The notes under the pieces: generated by a model
Database searches by the model: none
What the model was told of the DNA's origin: nothing
What the model saw: the letters and a program-made list of their open reading frames with translations, nothing else
Program-made: the position numbers and the translations under genes
Assembly: GCA_030390025.1 (NCBI GenBank)
Contig: CM059431.1
Span: 113,214,001-113,278,000, forward strand
Source of the DNA: Squalus acanthias
Taxonomy: Eukaryota
Direction of reading: 5' to 3'
DNA length: 64,000 bases
Part shown: positions 1 through 12,287 of the stretch, piece by piece
Position numbering within the stretch: the stretch's first letter is position 1
Layout: every line of letters starts with the position of its first letter

Positions 1-199
1 GTCTTTCTTTACATATACATGTTGTGGCCCGATGACATCATTGAGACCCGACTGTAATTTTAACTCAGGCCTGAGGGTATATCACCTGGAGTTAAGATCG
101 GGCCACACACTGTTAAGAAAAGAGAAAATTGAACATTTTATAAGTGTGCATTCCTTTGTACATCCAGTCAAGCGTAAATCATGTAGGCTATAAGGTTAG

Positions 200-335
200 G
201 TAGATATGCTGATAGGGTTAGAGATAGGCTGATAGGGTTAGATGAAGTAGAGTGGGAGGAGGTTCATGTGGAGCATAAACACCGGCATAGACCAATTGGG
301 CTGAACGGCTTGTTTCCGTGCTGTTAGTTCTATGT
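200..335 (+). mobile_element. CR1 LINE 3' end fragment
   Basis: 3' UTR (GTGGAGCATAAAC..CGGCAT.GACC..TTGG) and TTCTATG tail, homologous to 51428-51660. Confidence 0.6.
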
Positions 336-823
336 AAGATATTCTGGAGTTTTGCTTGATTTATCTTTGGAGGGTAAAGGTAAATGTTATAGAATTTTAC
401 CTCGGCAGATGGAATGGGTTAAAATGAAATCCATGACAGAGCGATGGTATGTGGTCTACAGAAAGTACAGGCTATTGGACCAGGGTCTTGTTCCGTGCTT
501 ATTCTGTTCTTGAAGTGATAGTTTTAGAGCCTGGAAGTGGATGGCTATTAATCACCACCTGAGAGGATGAGGGTGCTAACAGTCCCCAGATTCTGCACAT
601 ATTCTATAAACTTGGGTTGAATAGACAGTATGCATTCTTGCTAATATAATCAATCAGAGCTTTAGAACAGACTGTAGCATCCAGATAGAATCAATATTAT
701 TTTCTTATAAATAATTTTTGACGTCAACTATTTTGCAGTTTATTTTCTTATTCCACAATCAAATTTGGATTCCCACAAGAGGCTGAGCGAGGTTGCCAAG
801 CAAACCAACATGACTTTCCTAGT

Positions 824-1058
824 ATAAAAGCAAAATACTGTGCATGCTGGAAATCTGAAATAAAAACAGAAAATGCTGGAAATACTCAGCAGGTCAGGCA
901 GCATCTGTGGAGAGAGAAACAGAGTTAATGTTTCAGGTCAATTACCTTTCGTCAGAACTCTGATGAACGGTCATCAACCTGAAACATTAACTCTGTTTCT
1001 TTCTCCACAGATGCTGCCTGACCTGCTGAGTGTTTCCAGCATTTTCTGTTTTTATGTT
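824..1058. mobile_element. Penelope-like (PLE) pLTR-derived fold-back mini-element with two divergent hammerhead motifs
   Basis: 14-bp direct repeat ATGACTTTCCTAGT at 810-823 and 1059-1072 (TSD). The two halves are reverse complements centred near 958. Homologous to the pLTR of the GIY-YIG element at 23442-24557. Confidence 0.85.
923..993. ncRNA. Pair of degenerate minimal type I hammerhead ribozyme motifs (minus 923-959, plus 957-993)
   Basis: Plus strand CTGATGA-ACGGTCATCAACCT-GAAACATTAAC; minus strand CTGACGA-AAGGTAATTGACCT-GAAACATTAAC. Stem II is imperfect and the ACGT palindrome has become ACAT. Confidence 0.6.
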
Positions 1059-1352
1059 ATGACTTTCCTAGTTGTCATTTGGAGGTATTTGTTTTGCAGC
1101 AGTCTACATATGATTATCACCAAGCTAGATAAATAGCCATAAACTCCAGGCTAAATAGTAAGAGAGTCTAGACCTCTTTACAATTAACAAATGCTTGAAA
1201 GAAATGTATTCCTCCTTTTAATTTGAATAAATTGATCCAAAGACTGTATCTGAGCCTTTCTTATTGATTTATTAATGTGGAAGAATCAAAAATCATCTAG
1301 TAAATGATTATGGGTCCATATTATGTGGTCTACATACTCTTCTACTTTCCAG

Positions 1353-2186
1353 TATTACACAAAGGACAAACATCAAGATTTGAGCGGGAGATAAGGGAAC
1401 ACAGCACTAGACAACAAATGTCCATCGCTCTCTTATTCTCTTGATTTGACTCTTGACTCGGGCTGAACTCTTGCTTATTATTCTCTTATCTGGCTGATGA
1501 CTGCTGAACTCTTATTCGCTTGCCGCTTCATGGACTCGCTTGACTGGTGAGCTTTTAATTGTCTCTCTGGACTTCTACAACCATGTCCAAGCACTGTCGA
1601 GTTCTTCATGACAACGGGGAGCCCAGCCTGCTTGCCGGAGCAGCGAAGATAAACAAGTGGGGTACAGAGACCCCTTCAAACACGTGACAGTCAGGCGCTG
1701 CAGCGAAACGAGCCGAGTGCCTTACTTTAAAATTCTCCGAAGTATCACGAGTGGTGAGCATGTTTCCTCGATCCTACAAATCTAGATTAGTGTAGGTATT
1801 GATAGGGGAGGGTAGTTTTATTAAGGATAAATATAATGTGTCCCCCTTTTTACGATGTGCCGTGCGTTCCTCATTACCCTAGACCAAGTTTTATGAATGT
1901 ATGTATACTTGTACTGTCATTAATTTGTGCCTATGACATGTACTTCATGATTTTGGACATTATGCAATAAAGATTTCCATTTCGTACTATTCAACCGGGT
2001 CTATTTGAGTTTTCTCTGCATTACTGCTCTCGCACCTAAATCCAGTGTTAGAACCGTAAGGGCGAGTGGGTCGAACCACTCACAGGTGCTTATTGCAACA
2101 AGGCTGGCCGGAGATCAGAGCAAGCAATAGTATTAGGCAACGAAGGCCTAACCTCGCACAAGCACCCTGAACCGAAACCCCTTACA
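1353..2186 (+). mobile_element. possible solo LTR
   Basis: CpG-retaining segment with AATAAA near 1966, ending in ...TTACA. No convincing TSD or 5' TG; boundaries uncertain. Confidence 0.25.
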
Positions 2187-4609
2187 GGTGCCAGGCCAGC
2201 GCTCTGTCCAGCTCAGTCCAAAAATGGCATCGGGGTCCTACCTACGCCAGAGGACCCCAATTAGCATTTTAAATGGGCCTACCACCTGACTCGAGGTTGC
2301 TCCAGCCGCCTAGTGGTGATGCCGTGGAAACATTGCCACGGCAACAACTACGGTGGCAACGGGCCGGTAGGTCATTGCTCAACATTTTTGGGGCACTACT
2401 GGCCCATTTTCCCCAGGCAGGAGGCCTAAAAACCCACCCCAGTGTAGTGCATTATCCAATTTACCTTCAGCAACGTCACAAGTGTGAAAAAGATTTCAAG
2501 GGACATTTGGAATCATTAGCCATATTACATACTTACTATTTTCTCTAAATTGAAATTTGCTCACTTCTTTTTTTTACTCCGAAGGTTATCATAATCTGAA
2601 AGGCTTCAAAACAATCGTGGTCTGCATGCAAGAAAGAAGAAACAGTGGGTCATAATTTTACAGGTTATTACTCTGGATTATTAATTACAGTATGACTTCT
2701 TTCAGATAAGGCTGTGGTATTAGAAATAGTAAAGCAGCATGGCATGGGAAAGCTTCCAGACAAAGGCTTTTTACACCGTAATTGTTAAGTTGTTTGTTGG
2801 TTTTGTGCCTTAGACCATCACATTGAGTTCCCTGAGAAAGCAAACAGTAGAGGGAAAAGCAAACCCTTCCATATTCACTGCTCCTGCACATGCTAAACCC
2901 CGCTCATCAATACCTTTTTATTTTAACCCGTTGCGTTCTGACTTGTAACGACCTGTTTGAAATTCCTATTATTTTCAGTGTCTCCCCAGACATTTCAGCA
3001 CTTAAAGGTCAGATAAAACTTTCTACCCATTGACTAGGAATGGCCAGAACCTGCCCTATTTCAATGGAAAAGAGAATCTGGCTGCCGATTGGCTATCGCC
3101 CGATTTGTGTTACTGCCCAAGACCAATTTCAGCCCCGACGTACCAAATGCGGCACAGATAGGAACAGGAGTAGGCCATTCAGCCCCTTGAGCCTGTTCCA
3201 CCAGTCAATTAGATCATGGTTGATCGGTAGCTTTGTTACATGGTTTACCTCTGCACACACAAAGTTAGTCAGTTGACCTATACTGTATAGAGATTACACC
3301 ATAAAAGACAATGGAATTCCATACTTGTCACCGCTCCAGAATCTGAAATAAGGACACCGCCCTGCCATACACTAAAACATTTGTAGTACATTATTATTTT
3401 GATTTTTAAAAAGGACAATTCAATTTATTATAAATTATGATTGTACCTTTATGATAATCAACTGCTGCTTATCATGCCATAAACTTGCAATGCTTAAATT
3501 GCAATTGTTGAGCCTTCTGTTTGGATATCATTCTGTATCATTTACATGTAATATCTCAGTTATTAATGTGTGGGATGACACATGATACTGGTTAAAAAAT
3601 ACCCTGAAATAACAGAATAAAACTTTTTTTTACCAGAACTCATGATCTTTGTTCATGTAGTTAAAGGAATGCCCCAGGATAACATCCTACAATGAACTTG
3701 TTCTCAAGTAGTATTTTGCAAACTGTTGTCTTGTACCTAATTTAGTAATTGAGCACACTGCACAAAGAAAATAGATAGGAGGCAGTGGAAAAAATCAAAT
3801 TGCTGATATGAAGCAATCTCTGTTATGGACAGCTACCTCTCTATTTTAATATTTTGAGTTGTATTGGTACTAAAACTCTCCACCTATACCTAAGCTTGGT
3901 AGGAAGCAAAGACAGCGCAGTTTGAAGGTGGGGAACATTTTGAAGTTCAGACATGTTAAGAGGAGAAGGAGGATTTCAGAGATGTGGTGGTAGGGACATT
4001 AGAGGGATAAGAAGTAGTCAGGGAGATCTTTGAACACATAAGAACATAAGAAATAGGAGCCGCAGTAGCCCATAAGGTCCATTCAATAAGATCATGGCTG
4101 AACTTTTACGTGAACGCCACTTTCCTGCCCTATCCCCATATCGCTTGATTCCCTTAGTGCCCAAAAATCCATCGGAACAGACAGAGAACCTTGAGAAATG
4201 TAAAGGATAAAAGGAGGAATTTTGGAGGCATGGAATGGTAAGAATTTGAAGAGGGTAGTAGCCTATGCCAATGAAACCACATGCTGCCGAAACTTCAAGG
4301 ATAAGGTGATAGTGTATTATCTGAGAGTATTCCTTTAGCATTTTCCCTTTTAAAATTTCATTATCTTTTCTATGAATTATAGCCTTCAGTTTTACTATTT
4401 TATTTTAACAGTCTTTCTGGTGGTCATTCCATGACCTTGAATCTTCTTAGGATGTTATTTCAGTAGCTCTTTCCTTGCCATCATTTCTGCCAGTTCTGAC
4501 CACTTTGTACATGATGCAAAGTGAGATTATCAAATGTCCAGGAAAAATAATCTTCTTATCATACTTGTGTGAAGTAATACCAGTGAAATAATTGAAATAA
4601 ATGTCACAA

Positions 4610-5010
4610 GCTTGCCTCAGTTGCTAGTACCTTCGCTTCAATTCAAATGGCTGTAGGTTCGATATCCATTCTAGGATTTGAGAACAATAAATAGGCTGGC
4701 AATATAGTGCAGTAATAAGAGGGTCATTGTCAGAGATGCCATGATGCAGTGAAAGGTTAAACCAGTGCTCCGTCTACCTGTTGCAGTGGTACCGGTGAAG
4801 TTAAAGATCCCAAGGCACTATTTGAAGAATGCAAAGAGTTGTCCTGATGTACTAACCAGAATTTCTCCATTAACTAATACCACCAAAAACAGACTGACTG
4901 GTAATTCATCTCATTGCTATTTGTGGGATCTTGTTCTGTATAAAATGGCTGCTATATTGGCCTACAGAATGACACTCACACAATTTCAAAGTGATTCAGT
5001 GATGTGAAAT
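4610..5010 (+). mobile_element. old degenerate Deu-domain SINE
   Basis: Diverged match to the 13712-14190 SINE (AAAGATCCCAAGGCACTATTTGAAGAA; CATTGCTATTTGTGGGATCTTG). Confidence 0.65.
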
Positions 5011-5502
5011 ATTTTGAGAGACATTGTAGGGCTAGCTAAATATGTGTGAGCATTTTATTAAAATTTTGCCCTTTATATTTACACTAGAATATCACATTAC
5101 AGTTACTTTTCTTGAGCCACAGGGACTTTACTAAAAAATTAAAAACAGCACCCTGATAGGATAAATATCTCTATTTATGAAGACCACAGTAACCCATTGA
5201 AGACTTACCTGGTCAAACCTACTTGTGGAGCTTTTTGTGCTATCTTGGGTGGATTATGATATGTATTCATTACTTGGGTACAACAAGTTCTAAAACAATT
5301 AAATTGACCCCTGCCAATATTTTTTTGTTATGCAGACTCATTTCACATAATGAAAGAAAAAAATGAAACAAAGGAAATTACGTCCTGTCCTTCAAAATAG
5401 CTATCCTCAACAAGGGAGGAAACCACTTCAGACATTCTAAACAGTACAGCGTGCTGGCCCCAAGAGTTTATATTGTACTGAACTTCTACCCTAGAGTAAA
5501 AA

Positions 5503-5684
5503 TAACGTCATTATAAAACAGTACCCTGTTTAAACTCATCCTGTATTAGTGCATTTAATGTAAAATATAATGTACTTTACACAGGAAATTAAAATGAATT
5601 GAGAAATAAATGGATTTGGAGAAAGTACATTAAATGTACTAATACAGGATGAGTTTAAACACAGTATCATTTTATAATGACGTT
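5503..5684. repeat. imperfect inverted repeat, ~60-bp arms (MITE-like hairpin)
   Basis: AACGTCATTATAAAA..TGTTTAAACTCATCCTGTATTAGT.CATTTAATGTA (5503-5562) is mirrored at 5626-5684. Confidence 0.75.
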
Positions 5685-5795
5685 TAATGGCGCTTATCCC
5701 CTGAATGAGTTAGGCCGCACATTAACAAGATAGGGAAAAAAAAATCAGTGTTTAAAACCTAATGTTACCTAATTTTTCTTTTTCAGCCAGATACA

Positions 5796-5896
5796 GGGAG
5801 GGGATTTCCTCTGTGTGCGAGGTGTAGTAAAAGCACAATCACATTTCTAAGAAGTACATTTTTGCTGCACCTGGCACAGAGAGGGAATCTTCCCCC
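5796..5896. mobile_element. ~100-bp hairpin MITE with Harbinger-like G-rich ends
   Basis: Left GGGAGGGGATTTCCTCTGTGTGCGAGGTGTAGTAAAA vs right reverse complement GGGGGAAGATTCCCTCTCTGTGCCAGGTGCAGCAAAA; flanks ACA/ACT. Confidence 0.55.
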
Positions 5897-6429
5897 ACTG
5901 TGCCCAGTGTCGAACCTTTCCTTTACTGATTCTCATAAACCTTGCACTACAATTACATGTTCTGGTCTTTAAAAAAGATTGCTTTGGCTGTGGGATTGTT
6001 TTGAAATCTGTTCAACCTCTTTGTAGAAAAACAATTTTCCCCCTTGTAGTCATTATATGGTTGACAGCCTCCGTGTTGCTAATTATGATTACATTAAATA
6101 CTCTTATGGGCCAGTTATACTGCAGTTTCTGTGTTGATGCAACACAGCTTTTGCATCACATTAATGCCAAAAACACTGCCGTGTAACAAAGTAATGAAGT
6201 TGCTGGCCCAATATTTTATTAGAGGCAACTTTCTTGCACCACTTTGTTCTGTTTTAACTGCTCCAACTGCAGTTTAGCTGAGGAAAAGTGAACTTAAAAA
6301 AAATTCTCAGTTAAATCAGCTAACTGTCCCAGCTGCTCTCTGCTAACATTAAAAAATGTAACCAGAATTTGAACACCAGTGAGCTTTGCTTGAACTGATT
6401 GGAGACCAATTTAACCTGGCAGAATAACC

Positions 6430-6760
6430 ATAGATAGAGAGAAATTGGCAGAAGGGTCGAGAACCAGAGGACACAGATTTAAGGTGATTGGCAGAAGAAC
6501 CAAAGGCGACATGAGGAAAAACCTTTTTACGCAGCGAGTGGTCAGGATCTGGAATGCACTGCCTGAAAGGGTGGCGGAAGCAGATTCAATCCTGGCTTTC
6601 AAAAGGGAGTTGGATAAGTACCTGAAGGAAAAAAAATTGCAGGGCTACGGGGAAAGAGCGGGGGAGTGGGACTAGCTGAAGTGCTCTTGCAGAGAGCCGG
6701 CACAGGGTTGACGGGCTGAATGGCCTCCTTCTGTGCTGTAACCATTCTATGATTCTATGA
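6430..6760 (+). mobile_element. CR1 LINE 3' fragment
   Basis: ORF2 C-terminus RTRGHRFKV...FTQRVVRIWNALP...FKRELDKYL and (TTCTATGA)n tail. Confidence 0.9.
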
Positions 6761-6809
6761 ACTCAGCAGTGGTGGCTTGCACCACTTTACGGGCACATTT
6801 ACACTTCAT

Positions 6810-7338
6810 GGGAATAATTTTGACTTTTGGTGATAGTGTAAAATGGGTGATATCGATTTAGAAAGAAAGACTTAAAGAAAGACTTGCATTTATATAGCGC
6901 CTTTCACGACCACTGGACGTCTCAAAGCGCTTTACAGCCAATGAAGTACTGTCACTGTTGTAATGTGGGAAACGCGGCAGCCAATTTGCGCACAGCAAGG
7001 TCCTACAAACAGCAATGTGCTAATGACCAGATAATCTGTTTTAGTGATGTTGGTTGAGTGATAAATATTGGCCAGGACACCGGGGATAACTCCCCTACTC
7101 TTCTTCGAAATAGTGCCATGGGATCTTTTACGTCCACCTGAGAGAGCAGACAGGGCCTCGGTTTATCGTTTCATCTGAAAGACGGCACCTCAGACAGTGC
7201 TGCGCTCCCTCAGCACTGCAGATTTAGCCACCTGTTATACACCTCTCCTGGGAATGAAAATCAGGAGAGATGTATAACGGGCAGCTGAATTGATATTTCG
7301 CCCATTGTGCACCATCACCCAAAGTCAAAATTGTCCTC
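6810..7338. mobile_element. small hairpin MITE (52462-52630 family) interrupted by a SINE
   Basis: Ends GGGAATAATTTTGACTTTTGGTGAT / ATCACCCAAAGTCAAAATTGTCCTC match the intact copy at 52462-52630. Confidence 0.65.
6862..7220 (-). mobile_element. 5'-truncated Deu-domain SINE (SacSINE1-like)
   Basis: Deu domain and (TTTC)n tail; flanked by GATTTAG at 6855-6861 and 7221-7227. Confidence 0.85.
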
Positions 7339-8162
7339 CGTAAGTTTAGGATCAGTGCAAAGCCCACCTGCTTCGCACAGATGCTAAACCTGGAATGTAA
7401 ATTGAGCCCGAGTGTATTCACTGGTTTCCTCCTTCAAGGAGTCTCAATCATCTTCCTTCCAGTGTCAGGTTGGGTCCAGATACCAGATTCAGGTTGTTTT
7501 TGCACTGCAACTACAGCATCAGAATAAAGCCAAACTGCTGCACCCTAACGCTACAGTTGGAGTTTGAAAGCACCTTAAGACAGGTACCTGTGTTAAGCCA
7601 GTTTCAGGAAAATGGGCCGGGGTTATGGTGGGGTCATAGCAGTGGGCGGAAGTCCCACCCGGCCAACAATCCAGCTGACTAAGTTTGTTTTTCTCCATAA
7701 AACAGAGTTGCTATTGTAACTAGAAATAAGCATACATTAAAATGACAACTTAACAAAGATGAAGTCTGACTCTCCATTGACTAAGTTGAGTGAAAATGAA
7801 CACTTTGCGTAGTTACAGTAAATGTCTGTTACTATACAGCAGTGTCTATTGTATCATGCCCTGGTTTAATTTAGCTGTGTTCATAATTTTATGCCCCAGG
7901 CCTCAATATTTTACTGAAAGTTCCTCATGAACTGATTCTACATTGTTCTGGGATGAGAAACCCAGTTTCTAATAATCTAAATGATTTAACTAATAACATT
8001 ACACCACGAAAAATAATGAAGAAAAAAAATTGGCTTGCGAAGATGCTAATGTAGTGACCTGCAGTATATCACTAGCATCAAGAATATTATCTTATTACCA
8101 TTCTGCAATAAATTAAAATGAGAGTAAGAAAAAAACATTTGAGCAGAAATCTATACCGTTGA

Positions 8163-8350
8163 TATAGAATCATACAGCACCAGAGGCTATTCAGCCTATC
8201 ATGCCTGTGCCAGCTCTTTGAAAGAGCTATCCAATTAGTCCCACTACACGGCTCTTTCCCCATAGCCCTTCAAGTATTTATCCAATTCCCTTTTGAAAGT
8301 TACTGTTGAATCGACTTCCACCACCCTTTCAGACAGTGCATTCCAGATGC
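8163..8350 (-). mobile_element. CR1 LINE 3' fragment
   Basis: IWNALSERVVEVDSTVTFKRELDKYL in the minus frame plus CR1 3' UTR. Confidence 0.85.
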
Positions 8351-8875
8351 ATTCCAAACAGAATGGCCGGAATTTTCTGGGGTCCGTGCGGGCGTGATTG
8401 GAGGCGGGTCGGGTGGGAAATTTGAAATAAGTTGCAGCGGGTCGGGAACCCGCCGTCATCCCGCCCCCACGCGACCCAACCGGCAGAGGCGGGCAACCTA
8501 ATTCAAATCAGTTGTCAGTTGTCAGACCCTTAAACGCCTTTTTCAGCCTACCTTTTGAATTTCCCCGGCTGCACACGGGATTCACACAGCTCTGGAACCA
8601 TGACTGTCAGCCTGAGGCGGGAGTTGAGTGCCCATTGCTCCAGCTGATTAGATGACAGCATGAAATGTTCTATAAAAGCTCCCCCCTCACAGCTGGTCAC
8701 TTTCTTCAGGCAGAAGCTGTTGCTGACTGCATTCCCAGCACACATTTAGCTTTCTACAGGCTGCAAGTGCTTCCAACAAAGTTGCCATCCAGTCTCACCT
8801 CATTGGTTGAACCTATGACACCATTGACAGCTTGCTCCTCTGATCTCTACTTGACCTGTCATCTATTACATCAGC

Positions 8876-10102
8876 ATGGGTGCCGTTTATACTGTGTCAC
8901 CTTGGTCCTCAGAATCGGACCACAATGAGCCCCAACACCAGCAGCACCAGGCACACCAGCAGCACCAACAACAACAACACCAACCTTCTCCTCAACGATC
9001 TGATGCTCCACAGGGCAGAGGGTATCAGCACAGGGCTGCACCTCGCCGGAGGCGATACCCCCAACACAGGGTATATAGGCAGAGGATGAGCTTTCTCAAC
9101 ATGACTGAGCAGCAGTGCCAAAGGAGGCTCAGGCTATCGCGCCAGGTCATTGCAGATATTTGCAGATTGCTGGAGCAAGACCTGCAGCCCAGAGCAGCGG
9201 GTGGACACGCCTTACCAGTGGCTGTCAAAGTCACCAGCACCCTCAACTTCTTCGCCTCAGGCTCCTTCCAGGGATCTGCAGCAGACATTTGCAGCATCTC
9301 GCAGATGGCCGCCCACAGATGCACCACGCAGGTCACCGATGCCCTCTTTCACAAGTCAGCCAATTATATCAACTTTGCCACTGATGAAACCAATGTTACT
9401 GAGCGGGCGCTCGGCTTTGCCGCTCTGGCTGGCTTCCCACAGGTGCAGGGCGTCATTGACTGCACACATGTGGCCATCAGGGCACCCCATCATAACCCAG
9501 GAGTGTTTGTGAACCTCAGGGGCTCCCACTCCCTTAATGTGCAGCTGGTCTGCAACCATAGAAAGATCATCATGCATGTATGTGCCAAATTCCCTGGCAG
9601 CTGCCATGACTCTTCCGTCCTTCACCAGTCCACCCTCCCTCAGCTCTTCACTCCTCCAAACAGACTTTCCAGCTGGCTGCTTGGAGACAAGGGCTGTCCA
9701 GTGAAGATGTGGCTCATGACACCCTTGAGGAGGCCAAGTACTGAGGCCCAGGAGAGATATGATGAAAGCCACATTTCCACCAGATGTGTCATAGAGCAGA
9801 CAATAGTCATGCTCAAAATGCGCTTCAGATGCCTTGACAGATCTGGAGGAGTCCTTCAGTATGCACCAGCCAGTGTCTCCAGAATCATCGTGGTCTGTTG
9901 CGCCCTGCACAACATAGCGCAGCAGCGAGGATTAGCGCTGCATGAGGAGCAAGGCACTGAGCACACAGCCTCTTCAGAGGAGGAGGAGGAGGAGCATCAG
10001 CTGGAAGACGAGCAGGAGCTGGAGGAACCTGAGGTCCAGGTCCCACCAGCACCCGAGCACTTTGCTACCAAGGATGGCCTCATCATGGCCAGATTTACTT
10101 AA
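8876..10102 (+). CDS. Harbinger DDE transposase (HARBI1-like), 408 aa
   Basis: Motifs [39 protein letters not shown] and acidic C-tail. Substitutions at positions kept in the other copies (GDKGY>GDKGC, NRKG>NLRG) suggest impaired function. Confidence 0.92.
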   Translation: MGAVYTVSPWSSESDHNEPQHQQHQAHQQHQQQQHQPSPQRSDAPQGRGYQHRAAPRRRRYPQHRVYRQRMSFLNMTEQQCQRRLRLSRQVIADICRLLEQDLQPRAAGGHALPVAVKVTSTLNFFASGSFQGSAADICSISQMAAHRCTTQVTDALFHKSANYINFATDETNVTERALGFAALAGFPQVQGVIDCTHVAIRAPHHNPGVFVNLRGSHSLNVQLVCNHRKIIMHVCAKFPGSCHDSSVLHQSTLPQLFTPPNRLSSWLLGDKGCPVKMWLMTPLRRPSTEAQERYDESHISTRCVIEQTIVMLKMRFRCLDRSGGVLQYAPASVSRIIVVCCALHNIAQQRGLALHEEQGTEHTASSEEEEEEHQLEDEQELEEPEVQVPPAPEHFATKDGLIMARFT

Positions 10103-10389
10103 CTTTACGCAGTACACCCATATGGCTGCCACATGCTGTGCCAGGTTGGCACCACCCCACAGCAACACCATAAAGGATCCCTACAATGCCCAAGCCATTC
10201 CTTTCACACTGACCACCATTGCTGGAGGTACCATTATGTCTCACTATTCACTGCAACTCACTAAGCCACTTCCAAAGGTGCACATAAATTTGTCAAAGAC
10301 AGGAAAGTGGCGAAAATAAAGATTTTTATGGTTGACAATACATTAACGGAAACTTGACACTAACGTTGAATAAAATACTCAAGTGGATA

Positions 10390-12287
10390 CCCTTGCGAAT
10401 CTACCTGTGTGTCATCTTTCTCCTCCGCATGCTTCTACGAGGTGCTACCCCTGTGGCTTCAGCAGAGGTAGTGGCAGCCTGCTCACTTCCCTGCTGCGAC
10501 TGCTTAGACACTCTTGGCGGACGTCCTCTGGGTTTTGGAGCCTGTGAGGGCCCTGCCAAAGTCTGCTCCTCCTGCGACTATGCAGGGGAAGACTCGACCA
10601 TCGCGATCCGAGGAGGCATCTGGGGCTCTGACTGAGGGAGAGGCAATGGGGGAGAAGTGTGAGTGCTTTTAGAGGAGCCCACACTTCCAATTCCCCTCTC
10701 ACCGTCATATGTCTCATGGGCCACCCACACTTCACTGCTAGCAAGGAGCTGGAGAGCACCTTGCTGCACATCAGTGGGGCCATGAGGACCCACGTCTCTG
10801 CTGACATCCCTGCTAGACAGGAGGTCTATGACTCTCTGCCATCTATGCTCCATAGATAGTCATCTATTCTCTATAGAGACCATGTGCTCCTGTGAGTGGC
10901 GCATTAGCTGCTCCATGCAGGTGACCATCCCTCCATGGAAGAGCCTACAGTCACCATCGCCTGTGAGACGGTGGTGCTCATGTTGGAGATGGACTCCTCC
11001 ATTCTCTGAACATTTGCAGACATCGCGATCACAAAACCTGTCAGAGACCCCTGCACTTCTTTTGGCTACTCCAGGATCGCCCTCTTTCTGGATGGCCCCC
11101 GAGGCCCAACGTCTGCATGCAGCTGAGCGGAGCTAGGAGAGTCCTGCGCCCTCTGGCGAGGAGTCTCCACTGCTGTCTCTTTCTCCACCATCTGCTCTTG
11201 CTCACTTGTGAGTTGTGAGACACCAGGTGACACTACTCTATCTTGCGTGGCACCCACCGATGTGTGTGCATCTGCGCTGGTGCTGGGTGCACTCGTGTCT
11301 GCTGACGCTGGGGCCTCAGAAGCTGGAGGATCCTCTGAGGAGTCGTCTTCCTCTTCCTCCTGGACAGTGGGATGAAGCTCTTGATGGACCTGTGGAAGAG
11401 TAAAGAGGTGAGTTAAATATGCCATATGAAGAATGGGTACAGATACCATTGTGCACATGATGACCATTCAGTGGCTGCTGACATCAGTCCCCATATGAGT
11501 GACTGCTGTATGGCATTTAGCTGTATGATATGTAATTCTGTCACCAGGTTGCTGAGATGTCCCCCATCTCCGTCTCCCACTTCCAGCTGCTCGGCCACTC
11601 CTGATACTTTCAATGCAGCCTCCTCTGCTATTGTGAGGGTGGCAAATGATGGAGGCCCACCTCCAGTTCTCTCCCTCGCCCTCTTATTTTGCACTCTCTT
11701 TTCCTGCAAGGAGGGATAGAAGAGAAGGTTGAGTGAAAGTGATAGAATGAGTGTAAGGAATGGATGTGTTTCATATTTAGAGGGTGACTATGATGGATTG
11801 GGGTGGCAATGTCAAGTGACCTCCTTGTGTGTTGGTAGTTGGTATGGTTGCATTAGGATGAGGGTGAGTGTGAGGGGTGGCTAGTAAGATGGGGATGTGA
11901 TAATGTAGATAGAGAGAGAGGGATGGGTGGACGCGCAAGGTATGTTGGTGTGAGTAAGGATGTGCAGGAGTAGGCTTGGGAAGGCAGAGTGATGGGGATG
12001 TGATGACAGGCACAGCAGGATGAAGTTGTGTGTGGCTTTGCACTCACCTTTTCTAATCTAATGGGATTATTGAAACGTTTGCGGCACTGCACCCAGGTCC
12101 TCCTGAACACATCCCTGCTGTTGACCTCCACTGCAATTTGGAGCCAGGCTCTTTTTGTCTTCTGGGGAGGTCTCTTCCACCCATTGGAAGGGAAGAGGAC
12201 CTCCCTGCGTGCTCTGACTCCCTCCACAAGCGTATGGAGGGAGTCATCGGAGAACCTGGGTGCAGCCCTCTGCCTCTGTGCAGTCAT
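10390..12287 (-). pseudogene. Harbinger Myb/SANT-like gene, 3 exons (12287-12048, 11703-11545, 11389-~10390), exon 3 disrupted
   Basis: Exon 1 APRFSDDSL..W..IA..RTWVQCRKRFNN; donor AAG|GTGAGT, acceptor TTGCAG|; exon 2 ERTGGGPP; premature TAG at 11066-11068 and a later frameshift. 3' end approximate. Confidence 0.85.

Noticed and set aside
8876..10102. Domesticated host HARBI1/NAIF1 locus
   Set aside because: TIRs, TSD and related copies show it is a transposon.
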